A stretch of DNA of 64,000 nucleotides. Source: Patescibacteria group bacterium. Its GTDB lineage: Bacteria; Patescibacteriota; Minisyncoccia; UBA6257; 2-01-FULL-56-20. Every line of letters starts with the position of its first letter. Positions within the stretch are counted from its first letter, which is position 1. The notes under the pieces were generated by a model. The model did not search any database. It worked only from the letters and a program-made list of their open reading frames with translations, and was not told the origin of the DNA. The stretch is from contig JAGWKM010000003.1 of the NCBI GenBank assembly GCA_028865305.1, positions 4,820-68,819 on the forward strand, written 5' to 3'. The position numbers and the translations under genes were made by a program. Positions 19,339 through 28,587 of the stretch are shown here, one piece after another.

Positions 19339-19791
19339 ATGACGACGACCAGTTTGATCACCGGAACCGTGGCGGGCTTCGCGCTCGTCATTGACCCCGC
19401 CAACGAAAAGGGCAAGCGCGAGCGGATTGAATGTCCGGACTTCGCCTCGATAAAAGCTCGTGTTTTGCAGCTCCATCGGGAGAATGTCGCGGCCTACAAC
19501 GCCGATCCGCGGAACTACGACCCCATCGAGACGCATTACTTCACCCTCTACCGTCGCGACGACAACGGCGCGACCGAGGAGGATCAGGCCTTCGACCTGT
19601 CCGGCAATACTAACGTCGGCGATGCCGCGCACAAGAAGTTCTGCAAGTGCGGCAAGTCGAGCTGGTGGAAAAACCGCGAGGGATGGTCGCAGAGCCCGTC
19701 GTACACCTGCGAGGACTGCAACAAGCCGGAAGACGACGGCTACGGCGGCGACTTCAGCGACTACGATGGCGGCCAGGAGCGGGAATACTAA
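19339..19791 (+). CDS. Hypothetical protein with C-terminal Cys motif and acidic tail
   Basis: AAGGAG SD; CKC...CEDC. Confidence 0.65.
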   Translation: MTTTSLITGTVAGFALVIDPANEKGKRERIECPDFASIKARVLQLHRENVAAYNADPRNYDPIETHYFTLYRRDDNGATEEDQAFDLSGNTNVGDAAHKKFCKCGKSSWWKNREGWSQSPSYTCEDCNKPEDDGYGGDFSDYDGGQEREY

Positions 19792-20018
19792 CGCCGCTCC
19801 AAGCCGAGCTTGACCGGATTTGTCAGGCAACCGACCAGAAATGGCCGGTTTATTTTTTATTACATTCATCCGGAAATTGAGTATCAGGACCGGCGGGATT
19901 GCCGAATAATCCGGCTCTTTTTGCACATGCGGCTTTCTCCTTCTGGGGCGGGGTATGTTATTATTTTATGAACGGAGGAGCTGGGTTTTTTCGTAATGAA
20001 TTGGGCATTTATACGCAG

Positions 20019-20135
20019 CAGAATGGAGAATGCATAACCCTCTCCATTCTCCATTCTCCATTCTCCATTCTCCATTCTCCATTCTCCATTCTCCATTCTC
20101 CATTCTCCATTCTCCATTCTCCATTCTCCATTCTC
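20019..20135. repeat. Heptamer element with 13 perfect TCTCCAT units upstream of rpiB
   Basis: Short left arm GAATGGAGAATG, core CATAACCC, (TCTCCAT)x13 at 20041-20131. Confidence 0.97.
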
Positions 20136-20153
20136 TTTTTCTACTTCTCCACA

Positions 20154-20609
20154 ATGACCATTTTTCTCGGCGCGGACCATCGCGGCTTCCGCCTTAAAGA
20201 ACAATTGAAGGCAACCTTGAAGACCGACGGCTATAAGATCGAGGATCTCGGCGCGAACGAATACAACGGCAACGATGATTATCCGGACTATGCGCGCGCC
20301 GTCGCGCAGAAGGTGGGCGAGGCGCCGGAGGAGAACCGTGGGATTTTGATCTGCGGATCCGGCTCGGGCGTTGATATTGTGGCGAACAAGTTCAAGGGTG
20401 TGCGCTCGGTGCTCGCGATGTCTCCGGACCACGCGTACATGGCGCGGCACGATGATGACGTAAACGTGCTTGCGATCGCGTCGGATTTCACCGACGAGCC
20501 GGCGGCGCGGAGCATGATGCGGTCATTCCTCACGACGCCGTTTGCGAAGCTTGAAGACAGGTATACGAGGAGATTGAGGAAAATCGAGGAGATCGAGTCG
20601 GGAAAATAG
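20154..20609 (+). CDS. rpiB: Ribose-5-phosphate isomerase B
   Basis: GADHRGF, DYPD, GILICGSGSG, ANKFKGVR, ARHDDDVNVL. Confidence 0.93.
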   Translation: MTIFLGADHRGFRLKEQLKATLKTDGYKIEDLGANEYNGNDDYPDYARAVAQKVGEAPEENRGILICGSGSGVDIVANKFKGVRSVLAMSPDHAYMARHDDDVNVLAIASDFTDEPAARSMMRSFLTTPFAKLEDRYTRRLRKIEEIESGK

Positions 20610-20631
20610 CAATGGCGGCCGGCCGGGAAAA

Positions 20632-21093
20632 TTATTTCCTTCTCGAAAAGTGGAAAAAGGCGTCGAGCCCCAGATACTGGCCGGCTTTGGCAAAGATGAT
20701 GATGAGGAGGCAGAGGATCAGGATTACGCCGTCGTTGATGAACTGCGCAAGCGTGAGGTTCGCGTAATGCACGACCGGCAAATAGCCGATGACGGTGAGC
20801 GCGATGCCGGCGGCCGAGGCGAGCGTGGTCAAAAAACCGACGGCGAGGCAGATGCCGGCGAGGAGGAACGCCCAGGACGAGAATGGGTGGAGCCAGGCCG
20901 TCGCGGCGGCATTCGAGGTATCCATGAACCGATAGAGCTGGCCGAAGGACTGTTTTTCAAGCTCCGGCACCAGGGATCCGTTCCAAAGGGTGCTCCAGCC
21001 GAGATAAAAGAAATCCAGGCCGAGCGCGACGCGGAGGAGGAAAACAAGGAACCGGAGGTGGTGCGGGAGTTTGGTGCCTTGCGGGAGGTTCAT
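20632..21093 (-). CDS. DoxX-like membrane protein
   Basis: LLRVALG, GICLAVGFLT, AGQYLGLD. Confidence 0.7.
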   Translation of the reverse strand: MNLPQGTKLPHHLRFLVFLLRVALGLDFFYLGWSTLWNGSLVPELEKQSFGQLYRFMDTSNAAATAWLHPFSSWAFLLAGICLAVGFLTTLASAAGIALTVIGYLPVVHYANLTLAQFINDGVILILCLLIIIFAKAGQYLGLDAFFHFSRRK

Positions 21094-21126
21094 TGTATAA
21101 TCAGTTTATCATATCCGATAGATGAC

Positions 21127-21238
21127 GGAGAACGGAGCATAGAGAATGGGGTATAGCATAGGTTGCCCATTCTCCATTCTTCGATCTCCATTCTCCGTTA
21201 TTCATTCTCCATTCTCCATTCTCCATTGCCCATTCTGC
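21127..21238. repeat. Empty heptamer-armed hairpin element between divergent genes
   Basis: GGAGAAC GGAGCAT AGAGAAT GGGGTAT...GGTTGCCC, then about 10 ATTCTCC-like units. Confidence 0.9.
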
Positions 21239-21244
21239 CTCCCC

Positions 21245-21760
21245 ATGGAAGATTATAAAAAACACTCGCTCGGACATCGGGCTTTCACCCGCTTCTTTTT
21301 CAAGAAGATCAGGCCGTTTATAGTCGTGCTTATTATCACGCTTGCGGCTTGGTACGCCGAACGCTGGGTGCCGTTCGTTTACGTCCCTTATGCCGACTAC
21401 GCCGTCATGCTGTTATGGGTAGTCACCCTGCTCGCCTTGCTCCTTACCTTTTTATACGCCTATCTGGAATACCGGTATTATACTTACACTTTCACCGATG
21501 AAGCATTCATCATCACCTACGGCTATATGGTGCGGAACGAGGTCGCGGCGGTGTACCACCAGATCCAGAACGTGAACCTTCGGCGGAGCGTGCTTGACCG
21601 GTTTATGGGCGTGAGCGAGGTCGTGATCCTGATGGCCGGCATCGACCGCGAGGACCGGAGGAACCAGATTTCACTGCCGGCAATCGGCAAGACGAAAGCG
21701 CGGATCGTCCAGAAAGAGCTGCTCCAGCGCGCGAGGAAACACTTCATGGTAAATTCCTGA
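21245..21760 (+). CDS. Membrane protein with bacterial PH domain (bPH_2/YdbS-like)
   Basis: Two TMs, then Y.YTFTDEAFII..G...YHQIQNV...LDRFMG. Confidence 0.8.
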   Translation: MEDYKKHSLGHRAFTRFFFKKIRPFIVVLIITLAAWYAERWVPFVYVPYADYAVMLLWVVTLLALLLTFLYAYLEYRYYTYTFTDEAFIITYGYMVRNEVAAVYHQIQNVNLRRSVLDRFMGVSEVVILMAGIDREDRRNQISLPAIGKTKARIVQKELLQRARKHFMVNS

Positions 21761-21784
21761 TCTCTCATTTAAAAAGGAGAGATC

Positions 21785-22303
21785 ATGCCTCCTTGGCCAG
21801 CCATCATTCCCGTTTTCCTGCTTCAGGAGTTCGCTTCGGTTGCCGCGCTCCTCGCGTTCGCCTATGGTCACGGCGGGGATCTTTTGGCGCTCCATTTTGC
21901 CTGGGTCGCGGCGACCTTCGTTGACCTTTTCGCCGGATACCTGGTCGGGAAATGGCTTGGCGACCGGTTCCGGAATGCGCGCTTGAGACAATGGCTCCAG
22001 CGCTTCGCGGAAAAATGGCAGGGTCGGGTGGGCAAAAGCGGGCAGGCGCTGTCGCTCCTGTTTTTGGGGTTTCTTTTGTATCCGTATCTCGCCGCGTTCA
22101 TCGCGGCCTGGGCCGGCGTGTCGCTGAACGATGCGGTCTTTTACCTTTTGCTTGGCAATATCGCCTGGTACCTTTTCGCATGGGGCGCGGCCATCGGACT
22201 CACGGCTCTCGTGCCGAATTTCGAATGGCTGATCGTGGTCATCATCAGCCTTGCGATCGCATTGAGCGTGGTATTCGAGCGGATTCGCCGGAAGGTGTTT
22301 TAA
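21785..22303 (+). CDS. DedA-like membrane protein
   Basis: Multiple TMs; DLFAGYLVGK, LLGNIAW; AAGGAG SD. Confidence 0.6.
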   Translation: MPPWPAIIPVFLLQEFASVAALLAFAYGHGGDLLALHFAWVAATFVDLFAGYLVGKWLGDRFRNARLRQWLQRFAEKWQGRVGKSGQALSLLFLGFLLYPYLAAFIAAWAGVSLNDAVFYLLLGNIAWYLFAWGAAIGLTALVPNFEWLIVVIISLAIALSVVFERIRRKVF

Positions 22304-22305
22304 CG

Positions 22306-22368
22306 GGGAAAAAAGAAAAAAAGGAACAAAGGAAAAAGAGAACGGGATGTCTTCCTTTTTCTTCCTAT
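22306..22368. repeat. Degenerate A-rich/T-rich armed element between convergent genes
   Basis: AAAGAAA/AAAGGAA-type units facing TTCCTTT/TTCTTCC units. Confidence 0.5.
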
Positions 22369-23954
22369 TTTACGTAGAACACGCTGCTGCTCGGCGTGCC
22401 TTTCGGAATTTCACCGGTCTCGTCAGGCAGAAGATAGGTGATATGGCGCGCCAGTTGCGTTGACGTAGTGAACGAATCGGTCACGAACATCACGGTTTCC
22501 GCCGGCACCGGAATGCCGCGCGCGATGACGCCGCCCGCTTCGACAACTACGTATTTCGGCTCACCCAGCGGCAAGGCGTTGATTTGGTTCCCGATCGCAA
22601 CGTAATCTGCGTTGAAAGCTCCCGGCACGTTTGAATTTTCGGCCCAGACGACGAAGTAATCATAGTAGGCATAAATCGCAACGGCCGCCAAAAAAACAGC
22701 CGCAATCACCGGAGGGAGCCATTGAAGACGATCTTTAAAAAAGACGGCCCTTAAGGATCGATACGCCCAAATGCCGCCGATGGCGGCAAAGATCACGGTT
22801 GGCGGCAGCATGAGAATCGACCGGAGCGCGTGCGGGATGCCTTCGTCCGACGCGGCGGCGGGAAGGAGCGCAAGGAGGAACCAGGAGAGGAGAAGCGAAG
22901 TGACAAATGACAAATGACTCATGACAAACGAACGCCTTGATTTCCAAAGCTGATAAATGCTCCAGATGATTCCGGTTATAAATAATATTCCCACGGGCCA
23001 CCAGAGTTCCGGCGCGCTCGCGATGTTCTGCCGCCAATTGTTGTCGCCGCGGACATTCAGCATAAGCAAAGTTTTCGCGACATTTGTCATGAAGTCGCCG
23101 ATCGGATTTTTCGCGTTGGTAACCGCAATTTGCGACGTCCTGCCGAAGAAATCACCGGGATGCTGGAGGAAGTAGACGCCGATCGGCAGGGCTATGATGA
23201 AAGCGGCGAAACAGAATAAAAGCATTTTTTTCCAAAAGCCCGGCGTTTTCCGGAAGAACGGGATGAAAAGCAAAAAGAGCAGGGGAGTGATGCGGTAGGC
23301 GATGTAGGTGTAAAAACCGAGGCCGTAGATGATGCCGGCGGAGATGATACAGAGCATGGAGAATGGAGAATGGAGAATGGAATATTCCCCGTTCAGTCCT
23401 CCGTCCTCCGTCCTCCGTCCTCGGAGCCCCTTCAGCAAAAAATACACTGCCCAAACGAGGCAAAGCGGCGCCAAAATTGCCCGGAATCCGATCCTCGAAA
23501 AAATGATATGCCAAAAACTGGTTGCGAGGAGAAAAGCGGAGAGGAGGGCAAGCACAGGACCCGGAAATTCGAACCCGGAGAATGGAATGCTGCCGGCTTC
23601 CGTTTCCGGGCTTCCGCTTTCCCTTTTTTTAAATAACTCCGCAACCAGGAAATACATTCCGAACACCGTGAGTATTCCCGCAATCGCCGCCGGCAGGCGG
23701 ACGACCCACGGCTCATGCCCGAACCATTTGATGAAAAAGACCAATATGTTCACGTAAAGCCCTTCCCGGCCGTTGTCCTCGACATAGAACGGCTGGAACG
23801 AAGCGGTGCCGTGGACGATTTCGAGCGCATTGTTGCCGTCCATCGCCTCGTCCGGATAAAGTCCCGGAGGTGTCGCCGTGATGTGATATAATCGAAGGAA
23901 GGCGGCAAATACAAGGATACCGACGAGCAGCAGAACTTTAATGCCGGTGCGCAT
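22365..23954 (-). CDS. GT-C (ArnT/PMT_2-like) integral membrane glycosyltransferase
   Basis: LRLYHI...PPGLYPDEA, RLPAA..G, WHIIFSRIGFRA; many TMs; contains repeat insertions. Confidence 0.85.
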   Translation of the reverse strand: MRTGIKVLLLVGILVFAAFLRLYHITATPPGLYPDEAMDGNNALEIVHGTASFQPFYVEDNGREGLYVNILVFFIKWFGHEPWVVRLPAAIAGILTVFGMYFLVAELFKKRESGSPETEAGSIPFSGFEFPGPVLALLSAFLLATSFWHIIFSRIGFRAILAPLCLVWAVYFLLKGLRGRRTEDGGLNGEYSILHSPFSMLCIISAGIIYGLGFYTYIAYRITPLLFLLFIPFFRKTPGFWKKMLLFCFAAFIIALPIGVYFLQHPGDFFGRTSQIAVTNAKNPIGDFMTNVAKTLLMLNVRGDNNWRQNIASAPELWWPVGILFITGIIWSIYQLWKSRRSFVMSHLSFVTSLLLSWFLLALLPAAASDEGIPHALRSILMLPPTVIFAAIGGIWAYRSLRAVFFKDRLQWLPPVIAAVFLAAVAIYAYYDYFVVWAENSNVPGAFNADYVAIGNQINALPLGEPKYVVVEAGGVIARGIPVPAETVMFVTDSFTTSTQLARHITYLLPDETGEIPKGTPSSSVFYVK

Positions 23955-23976
23955 AGTACCAGTATAGCATCTATAA

Positions 23977-24128
23977 AATTACTAATATCTAATTAATAAT
24001 TAATAACGAATGTCCAAGGTTAAATTTCCAACGGACATTCGGTCATTATCCATTCGTTATTAATTATTAATTAGAAATTTCCCCAACAATCCATTCGTTA
24101 TTAATTAGATATTATTAATTAGAAATTT
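23977..24128 (+). repeat. AT-rich armed element, copy A1
   Basis: CTAATTAATAATTAATAACGAATG-TCCAAGGTTAAATTTCCAACGGACATTCGG...CATTCGTTATTAATTATTAATTAG-AAATTTCCCCAACAATCCATTCGTTATTAATTAG. Confidence 0.95.
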
Positions 24129-24135
24129 ACCTCTC

Positions 24136-24552
24136 ATGGACCAGCCCCAATCTTTCGAACAGCGCCTCGAATCCGATATGCACCAGCTTGCGGAGCAGGT
24201 TGCGGCCCAGCGCGAACGGCCGGAAATGAAAGGCATGCGCGAGCAGGAGCTTTTAAAAGAGGCAATCCGTGCTTTTCCGGGCGTCCCGCGGCCGCCGCAG
24301 GAATTGAAAGCGCAAACATTGCCGCAATCGCCTTCGGCCGCCGCAATGAGCCCTTTGCCGGCCTACGCGCAATCCGCTTCGCCTGAAACAAAATTGGAGA
24401 TCGAGCACCTGATTGAGGTCGCGTTCAGCAAGGGAGTGGTCGAAGCATTCGCAGAGGCGGAAAAATCATCGTATTTCGTGGAGGACGCGCTTGTGGACGC
24501 CCTCGCCGGAAAGTTGTATCCGATTTTGCAAGCGAAAAAATTGATAAACTAA
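24136..24552 (+). CDS. Hypothetical protein
   Basis: 138-aa helical ORF co-oriented with pilC. Confidence 0.7.
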   Translation: MDQPQSFEQRLESDMHQLAEQVAAQRERPEMKGMREQELLKEAIRAFPGVPRPPQELKAQTLPQSPSAAAMSPLPAYAQSASPETKLEIEHLIEVAFSKGVVEAFAEAEKSSYFVEDALVDALAGKLYPILQAKKLIN

Positions 24553-24566
24553 TGTAATGGTCAGTC

Positions 24567-24601
24567 CATTTGTCATTTGTCATTTGTCATTTGTCATTTG
24601 A
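24567..24601. repeat. (CATTTGT)x5 heptamer array just before pilC
   Basis: Four perfect units plus CATTTGA, ending 6 nt before ATG 24608. Confidence 0.9.
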
Positions 24602-24607
24602 TCACCC

Positions 24608-25684
24608 ATGGCTTCCCCCGGCTTTTTTTCAAAGATGTTCGACCGGATCTCCGTGCAGGAACGGATCAATTTCGCGCGGCATCTTTCGCTTGTCGTGAAA
24701 GCCGGACTCCCCGTTTTCCAGGGACTGAAGATCATCGAGGGGCAGACCGAATCGCCGGTCTTGAAGCGTGTCGTGCAAAGTTTGCTCGAAGACGTGCAAA
24801 ACGGGAAATTCCTTGCTGACGGCCTGCAGAAATTCGAGCACCTTTTCGGCGGTTTTTTCATCAACATTGTCCGCGTCGGCGAATCGAGCGGCACGCTTTC
24901 CAAAAACCTGCTCTACCTCGCCGACGAACTGAAGCGTTCCAAGGATCTCCAATCGAAGGTCCGTTCGGCGATGATTTATCCGATGGTCATTTTAGTCGCG
25001 ACGCTCGCGGTCGCCGGTTTCCTCACGTTTTATATTTTCCCCAAGCTTATTCCGGTCTTTTCCGGCATGAAGGTGCAGCTGCCGATCACGACCCAAATCC
25101 TTCTCAAATCCGTAAATTTCCTCCAGGCGGACGGATTGTATCTTTTGGCGGGAATCATCGTTTTTGCGATCTTCGTCCGCATCGTTTCGAAGCAGGTAAC
25201 TTTCGTGAAGTATTTCCTGAGCCAGGTCTTGTTTTTCATTCCGGTCGTTTCAAACCTCACGGTCAGCGTCAATATGGTGAACTTTACGCGCGTGCTCGGT
25301 TTGCTTTTGAAAAGCGGCGTGAAGATCGTCGAGGCGATCCAGATCACCGGATCCACTTTCAGCAATCTTGTCTATCAGCGGTTCCTGGTTGAGGCGGCGG
25401 AGGAGATTAAGAAAGGCGGCCAGCTCGGGCTTTTCATTGTCAAATACAAGCGTTATTTCCCGCCGCTCGTTTCCGGCATGGTGCAGATCGGCGAGAGCAC
25501 CGGCAATCTTGAGGAAAACCTGGAATACCTTTCCACATATTACGACGAGGAAGTGGATGCGAAGCTGCATGCCCTGACTTCGCTCATCGAGCCGATCATG
25601 CTGCTCTTCATGGGCGGCCTCGTGGGATTCGTGGCGTTGTCGATCATCACGCCCATATATTCAATTTCATCAGGAATCCAGTAA
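24608..25684 (+). CDS. pilC: Type IV pilus platform protein (PilC/GspF family)
   Basis: RVGESSGTL, VRSAMIYP, MVQIGESTGNL, LIEPIM. Confidence 0.92.
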   Translation: MASPGFFSKMFDRISVQERINFARHLSLVVKAGLPVFQGLKIIEGQTESPVLKRVVQSLLEDVQNGKFLADGLQKFEHLFGGFFINIVRVGESSGTLSKNLLYLADELKRSKDLQSKVRSAMIYPMVILVATLAVAGFLTFYIFPKLIPVFSGMKVQLPITTQILLKSVNFLQADGLYLLAGIIVFAIFVRIVSKQVTFVKYFLSQVLFFIPVVSNLTVSVNMVNFTRVLGLLLKSGVKIVEAIQITGSTFSNLVYQRFLVEAAEEIKKGGQLGLFIVKYKRYFPPLVSGMVQIGESTGNLEENLEYLSTYYDEEVDAKLHALTSLIEPIMLLFMGGLVGFVALSIITPIYSISSGIQ

Positions 25685-25732
25685 TGAGTTGTCGTCCTGG
25701 GCCTGGCCCGGATCCAGGGCGTTGAAAAATGA

Positions 25733-25885
25733 CTGATTAATAATATCTAATTAATAACGAATGGATTGTTGGGGAAATTTCTAATTAATAATTAATAATT
25801 AATAACGAACGCCTAATGCTCGAATGTCCATCAGACATTTCTCCTTGGATATTCGTTTTAATTATTAATTAGACATTATTAATTT
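25733..25885 (-). repeat. AT-rich armed element, copy A2 (inverted relative to A1)
   Basis: TAATATCTAATTAATAACGAATGGATTGTTGGGGAAATTTCTAATTAATAATTAAT... matches the reverse complement of A1 with one extra ATAATTA unit. Confidence 0.93.
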
Positions 25886-25948
25886 CAAACCTCGATCCCG
25901 GCCTGCCTGCCGGACAGGCATGCTCGGAGACCGGGATGACAGAATAAT

Positions 25949-27703
25949 ATGGAATTCAGAAAAGCCACCTCCCTCATCGATCTCATCATCGCCATTGCCA
26001 TCATCGCCCTCCTCTTCGGCGGCGTCTATCTGGTGTACTTTTCCATTATCTCGGCGGCAACGAACGTCGGGGCGCGGACGGCAGCAAGCGAAGCGATTGG
26101 GAACGAATTGGAGATGATCAGAAACCTTCCTTATGCGGATGTCGGCACGGTGGGAGGAATTCCGGCGGGCGTCATCCCGCAGAACCGGACGAGCACGATC
26201 AATAACTTCACGATTGCGCTCCGAACGACGGTGTTCAATATCCACGATCCGTATGACGCCGCCTCCGGCAGCGTGCCGAATGCCGACTACAAGCTCGTGA
26301 CCGTGACGGCCAGCTGCCCCACGTGCGTGCATTTCGTTCCGATGGGCATCACGACTACCGTGGCGCCGCCGAACCTCCAGGCGGCCGCGGCGCAAGGCGG
26401 CGTTATCATCGTGAATGTGCTCGATGGGAACGGCATCGGCGTTCCGGGCGCAGAGGTGCAGGTGGTGAACGCTTCCGTCACGCCTTCCATCGATCTTACC
26501 GATTTCACGAACGCAAGCGGCATCCTCGAATTGCTTGGCGTTCCCACGAGCACGCAGGGATATTACCTTTCGGCGACAAAACCTGGATGGTCCCTCGATC
26601 AAACCTACGCGCCGGGCTCGCTCGGCAGTTCGACGCCGGTGAGCCCGAACGTCACGGTGGCGTCGCAGACAATCTCGAGCGTTTCGTTTTCTATCGATGC
26701 CCTGAGCCAACTTACCGTTCAGACGCTTACGGACCGCTGCGTGTCCGTGGGGAGCGAGCCATTTACGGTGACCGGTTCGAAACTGATCGGCACGTCGCCG
26801 GATATTTTCAAATTTTCCACAAGTTCCGAAACAAATGCGAGCGGTACGGTGACCTTTTCCCCGATCGAATGGGATTCTTATAATCTGGCGCTTGCCGATG
26901 CCGCCCGGGATGTCGCGGGTACCATCCCGTTCAATCCGGTGGCCATGAGTCCGAGTTCGAGCCGGCTTTTCCAATTCATTTTACGGCCGGCGGCAAACCC
27001 TTCGCTCCTTGTGACCGTCCAGGATGCGGCGACCGGCGCCGGAATCCCGAATGCGACGGCAACGGTTTCTTCAAATGGTTATTCGGCGGCGCTCGTCACT
27101 AGCCACGCGGTCTTTTCGCAAACCGATTGGTCCGGCGGGCAATACGCAAGCCAATCCGGCGGTATCAACGCGAACGTGTCCGGCGCTTTGTCGCTCGCGC
27201 TGAACGCTTCCGGAACTTATAATACCGGTTCGACGGAATGGCTCATTTCAAACACCTTCGATGTCGGCGGAACCAGTTCGACGTTCAATACCATTTCGTC
27301 GAATCCGGCATCAGAGCCGCCTTCGACCGGCGCGGGCAGTTTGGAATTCCAGGTCGCCGCGAATAATGACAACGCCACGTGGCATTTTATAGGCCCGGAC
27401 GGAACCGCAAATACTTATTTCACAACCGGCACGAGCACCTTGCCCGCCTCGCTCGCCGGCAACCGCTATTTTCGCTACGAAGTTTTCATGAGCACCCAGG
27501 ATACCAATAATACGCCGACACTCGATTCGGTGACTTTTGATTTCACCGCCAATTGCGTTCCGCCGGCACAGGTGCTTTTCACCAACCTGCCGACCGGTTC
27601 ATACACGGTCGACGTGCAGGCGCCCAATTATCAGGAAACTACCTCCAGTGTGAGCATAGGGGCAGGGGAGCAGTCAACGACGATCCAGATGGCGCATTTG
27701 TAG
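25949..27703 (+). CDS. Large minor-pilin-like protein with beta-sandwich domains
   Basis: Prepilin-like KA/TSLIDLIIAIAII; ELEMIRNLPYADVG; DYKLVTVT; Ser/Thr-rich. Confidence 0.8.
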   Translation: MEFRKATSLIDLIIAIAIIALLFGGVYLVYFSIISAATNVGARTAASEAIGNELEMIRNLPYADVGTVGGIPAGVIPQNRTSTINNFTIALRTTVFNIHDPYDAASGSVPNADYKLVTVTASCPTCVHFVPMGITTTVAPPNLQAAAAQGGVIIVNVLDGNGIGVPGAEVQVVNASVTPSIDLTDFTNASGILELLGVPTSTQGYYLSATKPGWSLDQTYAPGSLGSSTPVSPNVTVASQTISSVSFSIDALSQLTVQTLTDRCVSVGSEPFTVTGSKLIGTSPDIFKFSTSSETNASGTVTFSPIEWDSYNLALADAARDVAGTIPFNPVAMSPSSSRLFQFILRPAANPSLLVTVQDAATGAGIPNATATVSSNGYSAALVTSHAVFSQTDWSGGQYASQSGGINANVSGALSLALNASGTYNTGSTEWLISNTFDVGGTSSTFNTISSNPASEPPSTGAGSLEFQVAANNDNATWHFIGPDGTANTYFTTGTSTLPASLAGNRYFRYEVFMSTQDTNNTPTLDSVTFDFTANCVPPAQVLFTNLPTGSYTVDVQAPNYQETTSSVSIGAGEQSTTIQMAHL

Positions 27704-27802
27704 AAAGTGGGGACCAGCAAACAGCGATAAGAAAACAATTCTGGATTCATTCATTTTACTTTTTTTCCCGCTCCCCGCTCCCTGGTTCTTATTGTCTCCC
27801 TG

Positions 27803-28504
27803 CTACATCTCCGCTTCCGCTGCTTCGGTTTCGATCAGTCCCGTGATTTTTTCCGCAACCTGTTCCGGCGCGTCCACGGGGATATTCGGCCGGTCGCCGG
27901 GACGGAAATGCGCAAATTCGCCGGTGCGGACCGCATTTTTTCCGAAATTGGTTGAGGTCATTTTCGGATGTATCACGCTCACGATGATGTGGTCCTTTTT
28001 TAATTCTTCGCGGGCGGTGAGCGAGATAGCATTCAACGCGTATTTCGTGGAGGCATAGGCGCCGAGGTTCGGGAAATAATTTTTCGAAACGCGCGAGCTT
28101 ACGTTCAAAATCATGCCTCCGCCCTGCCGCCGCATGATCGGGATCGCAAGCTGCATCGCGCGGAGGACGCTTACCACGTTCAGTTCAAGAATATCCCTAT
28201 ATCTTTCGATATCCACGGATTCGATCGGCCCGTACAGGCCCTGCCCGGCGTTATTGATCAGGATATCGATCCGGCCGTATTGGCCCATGGCCGCATCGAT
28301 CATTTTCCGGATATCATCCGGCTTCCGCAGGTCTGCCGGCACCGCAAGCGCATCCGGCAGCTCGTCCACCAGCTTTTTCAAGGTATCCGCCGACCGTGCT
28401 GCCAAAACCGTTTTCGCGCCTTTAGCCGCCAGCAGCTTTGCCGTCGCGAGCCCGATCCCTTGCGAAGCACCAGTGATGACAATCACTTTGCCTTTGATTT
28501 GCAT
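27803..28504 (-). CDS. SDR-family oxidoreductase
   Basis: ITGASQGIG, LINNAG, YASTK; TATAAT 6 nt before ATG 28504. Confidence 0.92.
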   Translation of the reverse strand: MQIKGKVIVITGASQGIGLATAKLLAAKGAKTVLAARSADTLKKLVDELPDALAVPADLRKPDDIRKMIDAAMGQYGRIDILINNAGQGLYGPIESVDIERYRDILELNVVSVLRAMQLAIPIMRRQGGGMILNVSSRVSKNYFPNLGAYASTKYALNAISLTAREELKKDHIIVSVIHPKMTSTNFGKNAVRTGEFAHFRPGDRPNIPVDAPEQVAEKITGLIETEAAEAEM

Positions 28505-28587
28505 ATGCCTATTATACGCATCTCCCCGGAAATCCGGTGAAGCAATAAAAAATCGCCCGAACCGGATCGGGCGACCGAAAGAGCCAT

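Noticed and set aside
19884..20450. ORFs with MENGEWR or HSPFSIL repeats and long N-terminal extensions of rpiB (19899), the PH gene (21146), rplI (58962) and rpmA (61940)
   Set aside because: Stop-free heptamer arrays keep frames open; homology starts at downstream ATGs.
25865..26974. Long antisense ORFs (also 19102-19926, 44688-46232, 50139-51179, 57897-58637)
   Set aside because: Shadow frames of GC-rich genes on the opposite strand, with no recognisable motifs.
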